Origin: Puccinia triticina
Taxonomy: Eukaryota
NCBI GenBank assembly: GCA_026914245.1
Contig: CP110439.1
Span: 7,812,001-7,876,000, forward strand
Length of the DNA: 64,000 nt
Direction of reading: 5' to 3'
Both the position numbers and the translations under genes were made by a program. The notes under the pieces are model-generated. The model did not search any database, was not told where the DNA came from, and saw only the letters and a program-made list of their open reading frames with translations. Of the stretch, positions 1 to 12,484 are shown one piece after another (positions within the stretch are counted from its first letter, which is position 1; each line of letters opens with the position of its first letter).

Positions 1-86
1 CTCAACACATCCATCAGAGATGAGAAAAGTCAGGACCAAAAACCTTGAATATTGTCAGAGCCAAAACTTGAATATTGAACTCTGCT

Positions 87-1192
87 CACCAGGGGAGATT
101 TTGATGCACTCCCCAGAGAGTGCCATACTCTACCCTTTTTCCATAACTGTGCTGGATGCCTTTGATGAAGGTAGTGTAAGAAGTAATAAAACATTTGGGA
201 AATTTTCCACAACTGATCTGAAACTGATCCTGAATTCATCCATAATTCATCCATAAGTCATGCAGAAGTCAACTGTAACTTAATCAGAACACAGCTGAAA
301 CCACTAGGAGACAATGACCACAATCAAATCATAATTCAATTGCAAATTTTTGTTGATCGGGATGGTTTCTTGGGGTGGAATTCATATTATTCACATGCTC
401 ATGAAGGTGTTCATTGTTTTCACTTTGCTTATTTTCCCCTCATGTGCACGCGTAAAAGGTTGTTACAAATTGCAGGCTGGGCCTCTTTCAGATCAACAAC
501 ATGTACACACTGGTTATAATGATTTGAAAGAACCATCTGAATTGGCATTTTTCCCTAAAAAAGGTAGGTATCATATAGAATTGAGCCAGAAAAGGATGTA
601 AATAGGGTGAAATTATGAGTCAAGTCAAGCTTGGAGGTTTGTGGTACCAGATTTCAGCTAGAAAACCTGGCTTCTTAACACATATAAGCTTGTGAGATGT
701 TTTTGTGTTTTTTTGTTTTCAAATGTCTCCATGCACATGCATGTGAACTGTTTTCCATTTTGCCAGTGTCACCTTTGTGTACGCGCGTACATTGGGGTGA
801 CAGATTACCAGAGGGGCCTTTCACAGCTCCATGACAACAAATACTGGTCAGAAAGCCATTAAAGCCCCCGCTAGTCACATTTATGTTGTGTGAAACCCCT
901 TGCACGTAGAGAAATTGATCAACATAAATTCACCATAAATGATTGATATTTGGGAATTGATTAAATGACATTTCATTATATGCTGTAATTGAGTTATCCT
1001 TAAAGAATGAAATGGTTCTATACAACATTGCATGAGGTCCTGTGATACTTCCTCATAAATTATAACAGACTTCCCATTGACTTCTGAATAATATATCAAT
1101 CATTTCCTAATCCACATCTGACATCAGACCCAGAAAAACATAAAATTACAGTCAGGCACTCTCTGGAGAGTGCGTCAAATTCTCCTCTGGTG
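87..1192. mobile_element. Non-autonomous CACTA/CMC-like TIR element (~1.1 kb)
   Basis: Imperfect ~38-bp TIRs CACCAGGGGAGATTTTGATGCACTCCCCAGAGAGTGCC / GGCACTCTCTGGAGAGTGCGTCAAATTCTCCTCTGGTG; 3-bp TSD GCT (84-86, 1193-1195); no credible ORF. Confidence 0.8.
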
Positions 1193-2057
1193 GCTTCTTG
1201 TGCATCTTTTGGTCCAACAAACATCTAAGTCTTGAGGCGGAAACTTGAATATACTGCTGCCCCCTTCCATCCTTGATCCTGACCCATGCACTGGTGTGAA
1301 TACCACACCACCTGCTGATTGGCCTATTTGAAGCATTTAATGCAGAAAATTAGGTGAAATTCCCAGCCCGGGGGATCATGGGGGGATCCACACTATAAGC
1401 CTGAATTAACGCCACCGCCCTGCCACCCACCACCACTTTGAGATCCTCCCCAGCAAGCAGAAAGTTGGAAAAATCTGAATTGATTCTGTCTGGCAATTGG
1501 AACAATCCAATGCACATCAAATTGATTACATGAGGCAATTGGAACAATGCAATGCACACAAGTTGTCTGGATCATGTGTTTTTATTCAGGATGAAAATTC
1601 AATCATGCAAGTGTTCCATCTCTTCATTGCAATTCAAAGAATGATTACATCACCCCTTGAACCCACCCTTGGACCACCATGTGCTAAGCTTGTTTGGGAT
1701 GGAACTAAAAAACCACCCCCGTGAAGCATTTTTGAGAATCCAGCAAAGAGAATCAGTACTGGACCCCTCACGTTTTGGACTGGTATCACTGGCAACAGAC
1801 CAAGCAAGCATTTCAAATGTCCTCTAGTAGAGACATAGTAGAGACTGAAAAGCCACAGGGTTCTGCAAGTAACAGTGGCCTGCAGTCCAAGGACCTTGTC
1901 TGAGTGCGTACAGGTAGTTGTGGTAGCAGTAGAGGGTGGTGATGGGTACATGGTGCTGTGGAACTGCTGTTGTAGCTCCACCCAAACACACATAAGCTTT
2001 TTCTGCAAAGTCACTGTACATCATGCAAAGCTTGGTCAACAGTAAGCCTTGAAAAAG

Positions 2058-2300
2058 TAGAGATGGCCCCGCCACACCCGGGTACCCGCGGCTTCTTTTG
2101 GCCAAGTGGGAAAACAGCACCTGCACCCGCAGAGTGGGTCAGAGCGGGTACCTGCCCCTCAGAATTGACCGGAAGGATTCCTTCCAGCCAAAGAGGTTAC
2201 AAAACCTCTTTGGCAGGAAGGGATTCCTTCTGGTCTAAGAGTTCCAGTCAAAGATTTGTAACCTCTTCAACCGGAAGGATTCCTTTGGTTAGAAGCAATT
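2058..2300 (+). mobile_element. Partial hAT-type MITE end
   Basis: Starts TAGAGATGGCC like the TIR at 33032, followed by GGGTACCCG motifs and short palindromic repeats (GGAAGGATTCCTTCC); second TIR not found. Confidence 0.45.
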
Positions 2301-2727
2301 TTTAGGCATTTGACTGGGCAGCCTCAAGCCTAATAAAGGACATGAGGCACAAGTCCCTCCCACAATGGGGAGGGTCCTCGCGCCCCGTGAGCACAGGGAG
2401 GGACTTGTGTTAAGTTCAGGGTTCAAGCGCAATGCAAATGGAGACTTATTGCTGCATTCCAGTGGCAATGCAGCAAAAGCAAGTGTTTGATGGTGACCAG
2501 ACCGCTAAGGGTAGGTTGCCTAGGTCCAAGCACGCGAGCTTGTGGAGCCAGGCCAAACCGGGGAAAGGGGAGATGACGTCAGTGGTGCGGCCTGCAAACC
2601 GTACACGCATTCCTCCCCTGCTTAAGCTTCTCAGTCCCCGTCCACATCCCACCATCCACAGCTCTCCCTAACAGTCCCGCCACTTCACTATAGGAACTAT
2701 CACTGCTGATAGCAGTTCCATTTTTCT

Positions 2728-3897
2728 TTGCAAACAAATTCATTTATCAACTCAACAAATAATATGGTAGAAGAAATGGTAAAACAAGCGGCTAGAAGAT
2801 TGGCGTCGAAGCAACCTATCCCAGGAGGTGGACCTACATCAATGGGCAGCAAAGTGGATGCCACTCGGATAACTTTTGGGGGAGTCTCCGGCTGCGGGTC
2901 TTTTGGCCAGCCAGCAGACGCTTGGAAATTGATAATGAAGGCGCATTTCAATCTAGTAACCGTTTTCCAATGGGTCAATGACAATCTCTTCGTCAGGGCG
3001 CTTGGCAGCAACACAGACATGCGCGACGTGATCAAGAAATCAAAACAGCTCGGGGTCTTGACAAATGAGAAGAAATTCTTGCCTTTTTCGGCAGAACAGA
3101 AATTCATTGGTTTCGTCTGGAACGGAGTCAACAAGACAGTCCGCTTACCAGACGGAAAAGTGGAGAAGAGACTTGAACAAATATTGCCTTTCCTGATTGA
3201 ACGGAACCTTTTCAGATACGGAGAAGTCAAAGTACTGGCGGGGAGGTTGAATCACGTGGCATACCTGCTGCCACATTTGAAATGCCATCTGAACTCACTA
3301 TATGGTTGGTTGATGTCGTGGCAGTACAGGAAGGCGGTAAGACACCCTCCAAAAGATGTGTTGAAGGATTTAGGCATCTGGAAAGACACTCTGGAGAATT
3401 TCGAGTATACACGGATCATCGACTACGGGCCTCCAGTTGACATAGGTTGGGTAGGCGACGCGTCGACGTCTTTTGGCATAGGTATATTGATTGGACGGCG
3501 ATGGGCGCAATTTAAACTCCTCGGCCAAAGAAGCAACCCGCAGCGCATCTCTTATCTAGAAACGGTGGCGGTCCGGTTAGGTCTACTCATGCTTACAAAG
3601 CTGCGCTCACAACGGGGGAAGACCCTAGTGGTGTGGACAGACAATACCACTACCGAGAACGGCATCAACAATAAGAAATCTAGAGACATCCACACGAACG
3701 GGGAGTGGATGCAAATTCAACGGATCCTCATCAACAACGGCATAAATCTGGTTGCGAAGAGGGTGGCCTCAAAGGACAACACGGCGGACGCCTTATCACG
3801 AGGTATCCGGTCAGGCCAGGACGTGCGCAACCAAGTGGTGATAGATGTTCCGGCGGACCTTCAAGGGGTCCTTGTTCAAGTTGTTTTCATTGTTTAA
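2728..3897 (+). mobile_element. DIRS/Ngaro-type (tyrosine-recombinase retrotransposon) RT C-terminus plus RNase H, 5'-truncated
   Basis: TFGG..GCGSF, WVNDNLF (degenerate YxDD), QKFIGFVW, GRLNH, RNase H motifs GDASTSFGIG, LETVAV, WTDNTT, DNTADALSR. Confidence 0.8.
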
Positions 3898-5125
3898 TAG
3901 CGTTGCGAGCTTTGCACGGGAACTTGGAAGTACGGTTTTTCACCTCATAATAGTTTTGGGACTTTGTGTGGGGATGTTTGCGGTCTGCGAGGTCCAGGTT
4001 CAAAACTAAGGAGCGAAGTAAGGGGGCTCGCGTAGGCTCAGGCTTCTCCCTGAGTTAATGGGGTAGCACTACCCCCCCTTATCTCTCCGCTGCTGTGACA
4101 GCGGCCCCTTGTTTCCTCTCTGCCCCAGGAGGAGAGTCTCTCTTCAGATCACGATCCCGCGACCTGAGAGGCTGACCCTCGAACGCGATCTCACCAGATG
4201 ATCTACGAAAACCTAGAGAGGTTTTCCCAAAGAGCTCTCCACCGAGACCCAAACACCGAGCCCGGTGAAAACCTACACGCCAGTAGGGACCACTGGGATC
4301 TACGGCCGGACTTTGATTGCCCCCGGCAGCAATGTCCCGGCCGGAAAAGTGTGCTAGAGTGAAAAGTAGCGGAGACGGCTTGGATTGGTCAGACTCACAG
4401 CGGATTGAATAGCGGAAGCCAGCGGGCGCCCGTTGGACCGCCCGCGGTATTTCCCGATTGTGGCGGGTCGGGCCAAACTCTGACAATTCCACACGTTCGG
4501 CGTCCAAGCCCGGCCCGAGATTTGGATGACCATTGCCGCAGCTCTCTTGGAGATCTCATCTGGGTATTTATTCTCAGGTGCAGTAGGCATTTATTCTCAG
4601 GTACCGTAGGTATATTCTCAGAAGGAGGCAAGTCGGACGGAGCGTTCAACTCAGAAACAGCTGTAGGACTTACACAAGTAAGCAAGGGTTGTCTTTTTCC
4701 TGCGTTTCTGTTCTGATGATCAAGTGATGTCTTTGCAGCAACCGGCCTGGAAACGTGGGTTGGTCGAACTTGTATGAACCGAGCAAACCACGTCTGTTGT
4801 CCCTAGAGTTCAACCAACTGACGACCTGCACTCTCTAACACCACGCCTGTCAGTCTAAGCTACGCGACAGGCATCCAATCTGTGCTCCTTTGGCCTCCAG
4901 TTTCTCCTCGATTTGGTCGTAGAATGCGCTGAAGAGGTTTCGTTTGAATGATATCAACACATACATCCGCGTAAATAAATCCAAAGAGACATCAAGAGAC
5001 ATATTCCACGAAAAGTGAGTAATCCCCCGCCCTTCAAGATATCATAACTCCCTTCGTCGTGACAGAATGCTAACGATTGATTACTCTCAACCTCTGGCAC
5101 TAGTATAAAAGCTAGGCCTTGCGAG

Positions 5126-6373
5126 ATGCTCCTCAACGACACGAATTATACCTCCTGGAAAGCTTATATCCAACAGCGGCTACAGGATGAAGGACTTTTG
5201 GCTATCACTTTGGGTGATCAGCTTATGCCGCAGCAAGATGGGACGGATGGGAAAGAAATAGAAGAATTCAAAAAGAAATCCCGATTGGCGTTTTATCTGT
5301 TGATCAAAGCGATCGATGATTCCGTCATCTTCTCAGTCTCGGCTCTCAATTTCGAGAATAACCCGCGAGAGCTATGGAGTGCGCTGAAGTTAAGATATCT
5401 TCCCGAAGATCTGAATGAGAAACTCGAGGCGATGAGGAACTTGCGATCCATCAAATTCAAGAACAACCCGGACGAATTTGTCGAACAGATCCGAGCGAGT
5501 TTTGCTAACATGGAACATGCTGGTCTCCAATTTGATGAAACTACTTGGATGGTCTTGTTTTTATCTCAGCTGCCTCGTAACCTAAGCGATTCGATAGTCA
5601 ATCGGAACGATCAAGATGTATCCTCTACGCATTCACAACAATCGTCAATCTCCTCTTGCGATCATTTGTTTGAAAAACTTAAAGCATTATCTATCACACC
5701 AGCTAACACTTATCAAATCCCTAAACCCAACGAAAACCAGAAGCATGGACCACCGCCCCCCTCATATCAGGTTTTATCTTGTACCCAATGTAACAAAAAG
5801 GGCCACGACGTCGATCACTGTTGGTACCTTCATCCGGAAAGGAATCCGTTTTATAAACAAAATTCTGAGTCTCAGCCCGGTAATAATTTTAAAGCAAGAA
5901 AAGATATGGGCGGACCGAATTCGAATGGTTGGACGGCTGGTCCTCACAAGAAGTTTTACAACGCAAATCAATCTGCTGCACCTAACGCGCCCAACAACGC
6001 TCCGAACAATTACAACAACAACAACAAAACCAACAAAAACTTTAATGGCTACAACAATCACAATCGTACCGGTAGTAACACCAATAATCCTGGGGGGAAT
6101 GAACGGAATTCCTTTGCGAAAAAACCTTTCAAGCCGAACTCGAGCGACAACGATGGTTGGCGAGCGACGGCGACCCCGAAACAATCGACCAGCGACCAAT
6201 CCGGATGGAATGAGCCCGCCCAGAGTCCTGCTCCTCCTTCGGCCACCCAAGCCGGGTGGAATGATTCTACTCCAAGCCCTGCCGCTTTCGTCAACGAATC
6301 CGGTTGGACCGATAATGTGCACGATTTCAAGACTCTCTCCACTCCATCTGGCTGGGACAATCCTCAAGAGTAG
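5126..6373 (+). CDS. Stand-alone Ty1/Copia-type gag-like protein with CCHC zinc knuckle and Asn/GW-repeat C-terminal tail
   Basis: Intact 415-aa ORF: LNDTNYTSWK gag N-terminus, PRELWSALK (UBN2-like), CTQCNKKGHDVDHC knuckle, six GW dipeptides; no pol or LTR seen nearby. Confidence 0.75.
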   Translation: MLLNDTNYTSWKAYIQQRLQDEGLLAITLGDQLMPQQDGTDGKEIEEFKKKSRLAFYLLIKAIDDSVIFSVSALNFENNPRELWSALKLRYLPEDLNEKLEAMRNLRSIKFKNNPDEFVEQIRASFANMEHAGLQFDETTWMVLFLSQLPRNLSDSIVNRNDQDVSSTHSQQSSISSCDHLFEKLKALSITPANTYQIPKPNENQKHGPPPPSYQVLSCTQCNKKGHDVDHCWYLHPERNPFYKQNSESQPGNNFKARKDMGGPNSNGWTAGPHKKFYNANQSAAPNAPNNAPNNYNNNNKTNKNFNGYNNHNRTGSNTNNPGGNERNSFAKKPFKPNSSDNDGWRATATPKQSTSDQSGWNEPAQSPAPPSATQAGWNDSTPSPAAFVNESGWTDNVHDFKTLSTPSGWDNPQE

Positions 6374-7182
6374 AGCTCATATACTTACTCTTCTCTCACG
6401 AACACTTGCGATAGTTTACTTGAAGCATTTGTTTCCAGTCTTGCGAGAACTACTCTGCAACCTTTTTTTTATGATAAGAACCCTCAACGACTGATTTTTC
6501 ATTTTTTCTGAGATCTCTGACATGCTGGGACCAACTGCCTGTTCCCCCCTACGAAGTTCAACCAAGACACATTATTTTCCTTTATTTATTATCTTCATCT
6601 TGTTTTTATTGCATACTCCTTCTCAAGTGACGATCTCAGTCCAACCGTTTGAAAGCACCCTTGTCAGGCTCATTGCGCAAAAGACGATTAGACAGCAAGG
6701 TCGCCTTAGCAATGACACAAGCAGACAAACCACCAAATTATGATATCTTTCTCCAATCACTTGGTCCACCAAGCACAGACCCCACAGTTTCTTTCGCTTA
6801 TTTTCTTGACAGAAAAGGCTTGGAAGGCCAGAAGTCGGTTTACAAACCAATAGCCTGAATTTTGTAACCTCGCGAGTAAAGCGCTTGTCCGTTTTGATTA
6901 AAGACTCATATTTACATAGTCTGAAGAGACATTGTTAAGCTCGGTATCGCTTCATATTCTGTCTCATTTATTCAGACATCATGGTCATGATCTAATTTTC
7001 GCCCACCAGAACACCAGAAATGGTTTTCTCTTCTTCTCCCAATGGTCAAGTTCCTTGCATAATGAAACAATTTGAGAAAAGAAAAAACTAGCAAGTACAG
7101 CGGTCCAGATGACTCTTTGATGGGAAGCGAAGTGGAGTCTATTTTACGATCACAAAAAGAGGGAGAGGATTAAGAGATGAAT

Positions 7183-8736
7183 TTATTCGCCGATCCGCTT
7201 TACAGGAGAGGAAGAACCGAAGAAGGAATTGGAAGAAGAATTATAGTCGGTTTCGGTATCTTCGCGTTCCGGCAAAATGCCGAGCTCTTCTACACTCCTC
7301 ATGATCTGATCTTTCAACAGCAGTTTGCGATCATCATCTGCCGAATTACTCGAATGAGTTGCGGATGATGAGGGTGGCGATGATGAAGAGGGACTTCGGG
7401 AGGAAGCCGATCTTGATGATGAGGATGATGGCGATGATAACGATTGTTGGTTTTCGAGTGCGGTGAAAATCACGACACATAATGCTAACGAAGCAATTGC
7501 AACTGATAAAGGTGATTGCGACCAAAACGAAACAAGAGAAGAGTGTCAGTTTTATGCTCTGTTCAGGTTACCTTGATGCTCATCAATCATGGTCATTAGC
7601 TTACCGACACATCGCCTTGTGGTCACCCATTTTCTTGTTTCAATTTCCGTTCGTACTTCGCTGACCAAGATGGTAAACTATCAAATTTCAGAAAGAAAAA
7701 TGATCAGAAGAGCATAAAATAACCATATAAGGAGTTGTGATGGTCAAGTACTTTGCTATTAAGTTCTTGGATAGACAATTCCAATTTTTTCTGATCATCG
7801 CTAGCCTCTTCCTTGCGATGGTTGAATTCCAACTGTAGTTCATTCTTGAGCGCGCTGATATCTTCTTTGAGTTTCTGTTTGAGGTTATCGATTTCTCTTT
7901 GGACGGAATTACTAGCCGACTTGAGGACGATCCCATCATTTCTGGCCTTCACCTGAACTTCTGTCCGGAGTTCACCCAGGGCGGCATTATAGAGATACGC
8001 CTGACCTTCGGCGTACGATTTCGAGACGATCCCGCCCGATGGTCCGGTTAGTAGCCAGCGTTTTTCGGACGATCGGAGACTGGTCTCGACAAACTTTAAT
8101 ATATGTTTGGCTGATTCTGACTGGAAATTTGACCGTTCGAGTTGTTTGACGAATCGATGGGTGTGGAAGGCATGTGTTGGCAGGACTGTGAATTCGTTGG
8201 GCGAGCTGGAGGGTGTGGTTAATGAGGTTGAGGGGTTTGGTTTTGGTGGGGGTGGCACTGGGGGGGGTGGGGGTGGTGATGATGATGTATTGGCTTGGAT
8301 TTTATCTGGTTGGACTACAATAAAAAAAACATGATGGCCGGGCGAAGCGAAGAGGTTAGCATGTACTTTGAGAGTAAGTTTGATCTTGGCTGGTTTGACT
8401 AATCTAACCTAGAGGAGGACTGAGACCAACCAAGGGTTCCTGGAAGGAGGAGACCAACTCTGGGGATGATTTGTTGGACGACTTGGATTTTTTGGGGCTT
8501 GATTCTGCAGATGGTAAGAAGCCCGACTGAGATGGCAGGGGGCCTCCTGATTGGGTGGTGTTAGAGTTTGGCGTTGGCGTTGGCGTTGGCGTTTGCTTGA
8601 GGTTGGTGGTTTTCGAATTTCTTCTGATCCTGATCCTGCCTGAGAATGGGTTTTTTTGGAGGTCGATGGGCGGATGGGCGGGATTAGCCTGTAGCTGTAT
8701 GCTTCGAAGGATTAGTCTTGCCGAGTGGGAAGTCAT
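7183..8736 (-). CDS. Mitochondrial DUF1640 (CCDC90/MCUR1/Fmp32-like) coiled-coil protein, 4 exons
   Basis: Exons approx 8736-8409, 8314-7752, 7677-7605, 7502-7183 joined in frame by GT..AG introns; FHTHRFVKQLE head motif, coiled coil, EVRTEIETRKW, TM helix VVAIASLALCVVIFTAL; Arg/Ser-rich N-terminus. Confidence 0.8.
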
Positions 8737-8982
8737 GCTGATGGTGAATGCGAGTACGTAGAATAGTTGGTTCTCCTTCAAAGTTCGTCAGCCTCTCCAG
8801 TCGCAGCATGGCTTCAATGAGCCACCAGAGGCCCCGGGTCCCCCGACATGCGTCTATCCACCCGGCCAGCATCCGGGGCTCGGACATCGGGACTATCCCG
8901 GGACATGCACGGTGTGGACCGATGGATGATGCCGAACTCAACACAAGTCCCTCCCCCCCGCGAGCACAGACCCCTTTGGTTG

Positions 8983-9404
8983 GCATATTCCCTCCTTGAA
9001 GGATCGTTCCCGCGCGCGCGGGGGACATCCTTCAAGGGTGTGTTACACCCAACAGCGGCATGCCAAACTTGCCAAACATGGCAGTTTGGCTGCCATTTAC
9101 AGTCGATCGACTTCGCAAAAGTCGATCGACTTCGTTCCTCTTGTCAACATTTTTTCATATCCCCCCCAGGACCTAACCCAGGACCTAACCTAACCCAGGA
9201 CCTAACCTAAGGGCTGGTTGGGGTGGTTGAGAGGTGGGATGTTGCCGGATTCCGACTTCGTCGAAATCCGAACTTCAAGTCGCGCGAGGAATGGCAGCCA
9301 AACTGCCATGTTTGGCAAGTTTGGCATGCCGCTGTTGGGTGTAACACACCCTTGAAGGATGTCCCCCGCGCGCGCGGGAACGATCCTTCAAGGAGGGAAT
9401 ATGC
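8983..9404. mobile_element. MITE with ~115-bp TIRs
   Basis: 8983-9097 is the reverse complement of 9290-9404; centre has CCTAAC repeats; exact ends ambiguous (possible TA TSD a few bases inside). Confidence 0.8.
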
Positions 9405-9759
9405 GGACCGGTCGGGTGGCGGGAGGACGCTTCGCGCCTCCTCGGAGAGGCTTAGTTAAGCTCGGGATGATGCATCACTGCTAATCAGCCTGATGCTTGG
9501 GCAAGCTGGTGAGTTTGATAAGCTACATCAACATTGCCGCTTACTGACTGAGATTCCGTCTCTTGAATCCCGTAGACCTCATCGTTATCGCACTTGGCTC
9601 TTTGACACATTCTTCGAAGTCAAACTCCGCGACATCCACCTCCAGTATCCACACCGTGCTCCTCTTGGCACCTTTACATCCATTTTAATCCCCGAACTCG
9701 TCCCAAATTTGAATGTATGCATTTCGCCCGATCCTAGCAATCGTCAAACTAGCTCCGAA

Positions 9760-10400
9760 TAGCCCCCCTAATCCACCTCCTGTCCAGTGTCAACCCACCT
9801 ACTTTCACACCTCCGACGGTTTCAGGATCCTTGGAGTCGGATGGACCGCCCGTCCCCTCGTGTGTGCGATCTCCTTTACTACCTATTGTGGGGATAAACG
9901 AGTGGTAGTATCTAAAGCATTTACATAGCCACAATCAACTCGCGCGAAAACGTTTTGGCTGCCTTGCGAAAACTCATTTCCGATTAATGCAACCTCGACC
10001 ACAACTGGCTTGGAAAAATTGTTCATGAAGGCATTGCCAGTTCGCCGCCCACAATCACCTGGGACGTCTGCATTCTCAAGAGTAAGAAGTTTTCCAAGCG
10101 GGCACCTCATCACATTTTCGGCGAACTATCCTTCAACCAATGGCTCCAGGGAATCAACCCTTTCAAGCTCACACAAGGTGCTGTCATCCTCCGCCCGGAA
10201 AATCCTCGAAACAGCGTGGTCAGACACAGCTCTCTACAGGTGATGTCCCAAAATTAGTACGGTTGAAATAGGTTATGTGTGCACCGGCTGGGGTCCAATC
10301 AGCCTCGACCCGATGCGCATTTGGTGGGGCGAGCTTGCTGACGATTCACTGCGAAGTACCAATCGCTTTCCTTATGTGGACCATGCTCGTACAAAGCAGC
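9760..10400 (+). pseudogene. Degenerate rust-type hypothetical gene fragment
   Basis: Protein-like frame (IATINSRENVLAALRKLISD*CNLD...FNQWLQG...ENP) broken by stops; no family assigned. Confidence 0.3.
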
Positions 10401-11930
10401 ACATCAAGACTCCCCCCAGCGCACTGTCGCACACATGTTCCTCGCGCTCGACTGCCCCGTAATGCCGAACGGCATCCACCATGTGTGTTGAACCGTTTCA
10501 CACCGGATGCCTAGAGCCTACATGGCAACCTATCGGAACGACTAGCAACCTATCAGACTTAATGATTTTGTAGACGATCCCCTGAAAGAAGGAATGTAGG
10601 ACTTGCGCGCTGACCTCACCTCTCGCCACATCCGGACGTTCAACAGTTACTGTCAAGGGCTGCACGTACTCGTAGCGCCCAAATAACTTGTCATGTAAAC
10701 TGCTAGCTTGAGTAATTGCTCAACTCATTTAGGACCGAGTCAACAATCAAGAAGGTGACATGATACTGGGAAGGATCAACCCCAAGTGTTGCCGGAGTCG
10801 GTTGACTTCTACGGAATGGGACACAAACTGATCAACTTCCCTTGCGGACTTGGACCAATGGCTCTACATAACCCGGAGAAGAAACCATCGGAAGGCACCC
10901 GTGTGCAATTTTGCAATTCGTCTCCGACTTTGATCTGGAACAGTGGCAAAAATACATCTTGTAGAGTAACTTGCAAGATTGCATCTAAGCTGCGTACAAC
11001 ACGCCTACGGCACTCGTGTCGAGTTCATCTTGTTCAAGTCCCTCCTGGGCGCAAAGCGTTCGGAGCAGGACTTCGTTCAGCTCGGTCACCACGCGGGTCC
11101 CGCAGAAGCGGGACAACTTGACAAGTTAAGCAACGAATCCAGCGCTTGGCAACGCGAATTCGAACTCACAACCGGAATGGCTTGGACGCGGCAGTCCAGG
11201 TGGTGGTCGGATAGACTCTTCTGAGCGTAGTGCATCCAGGGCTTAGGTCGTCGTAGGACTGGCCCAACAGCACCTGTTCCGCTCGACACGGCATCAGAAT
11301 CTAGAGATTTGGAGTTAAGATACCGGGATGAACACTGTCCTGAAGGGCATAGACACTCATGGACAAAGGTCCCAACGACTCGAAGCACACCCCTTACTGA
11401 AAGCTTTGGCAGAATACAGTGGCACTGGCTGACGAGGTGACTGTAATGCCAAGCAATGTGAGAATATCAATCCATCACGCTGTGCAGCGAGTCTGCTCCA
11501 ACGCAGGGCAAATGTACCACTTGTGCACATTGTGACGTCTCAAGGTCATAACAATCGGCGAGTCACATGTTTTGTAGCTTCAATCGACGTCAATCTCACG
11601 TTTCTTTAAGATCGCACCTCTGGACTCGAACTTAACTAAGTTCCCTAAGCACCGCGGTCGCACCTTGGCTCATCATAAGCTGGTACAACATCCCATCGCG
11701 GCTCGTCGAAAGTTCCATCGACTCGTTCGACTGTCTTAATACTTATCGAGCATGCTCCAGAGTCAGACATTTACTCCTGACTGTCTGACCCCCAGGCCAT
11801 AACACTCCGCAGTTCCACCTTCTTCTGTCCAGACAGATCGCTTGCCTGTAGGTGTTGTGTAATGAACTTCGAGATAAGATAAAACAGACTATGAAACTTT
11901 GTTGATGAGAGAGCATTGACAGGCAAGAGT

Positions 11931-12420
11931 TATTGAGATATCTCATTATTAGCATACTCTACAACCGGTTGTGTGATGATAAATATAGTTGAAACCTAAA
12001 TGAAACCTAATTGAAGTTGTTAAATAGCCTACCTTGTACCGGTTCCTGTTTTCCTTTTCTTCATTCAGTTTTCATTTTCTGTCTCAACTCTCTCCGCACA
12101 ATCAGGTGTGCTTCGGTGGTCTCGTCAACAGTATCGTGTGTTATACTAACACCTCGCTGGTCTCCAAAGGTTCTTTTCTTTTCTTTTCATTGTTTCCCTT
12201 CATTCAATCTTCATCATGAAATTCATTCAGTTTTCATTTTCTGTCTCAACTCTCTCCGCACAATCAGGTGTGCTTCGGTGGTCTCGTCAACAGTCTTGTG
12301 TGTTATACTAACACCTTGCTGGTCTCCAAAGGTGTGCTTCGGTGGTCTCGTCAACAGTCTCGTGTGTTATACTAACACCTCGCTGGTCTCCAAAGACCCT
12401 CCGCGCCTACCTTTTCTATA
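11931..12420 (+). repeat. 5' LTR (490 bp, TA..TA termini, three 64-bp internal units)
   Basis: Matches 16573-16900 apart from 162 extra bp. Confidence 0.93.
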
Positions 12421-12436
12421 GGTTATGAGCCCAGAG
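12421..12436 (+). promoter_or_regulatory. Primer-binding site complementary to the anticodon arm of initiator tRNA-Met (half-tRNA priming type)
   Basis: GGTTATGAGCCCAGAG directly after the LTR, same type as Ty5/Drosophila copia PBS. Confidence 0.85.
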
Positions 12437-12484
12437 TCCTAACTCTGAGGACGCGCTAATTATCACACGACCGACTCTGCTGTC

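Noticed and set aside
5616..6494. 292-aa alternative-frame and antisense ORFs over the gag-like gene (possible frameshift to pol)
   Set aside because: No protease/integrase/RT motifs; explained by low-complexity codons
6711..6858. Short ORF MTQADKPP.. downstream of the gag-like gene
   Set aside because: No recognisable motif and no convincing splice link to neighbours
9172..9210. Interstitial telomere or chromosome-fusion scar
   Set aside because: Too short, interrupted and enclosed in a MITE
12011..12421. ORFs inside the Copia LTRs
   Set aside because: Translations of tandem repeat units with no protein features
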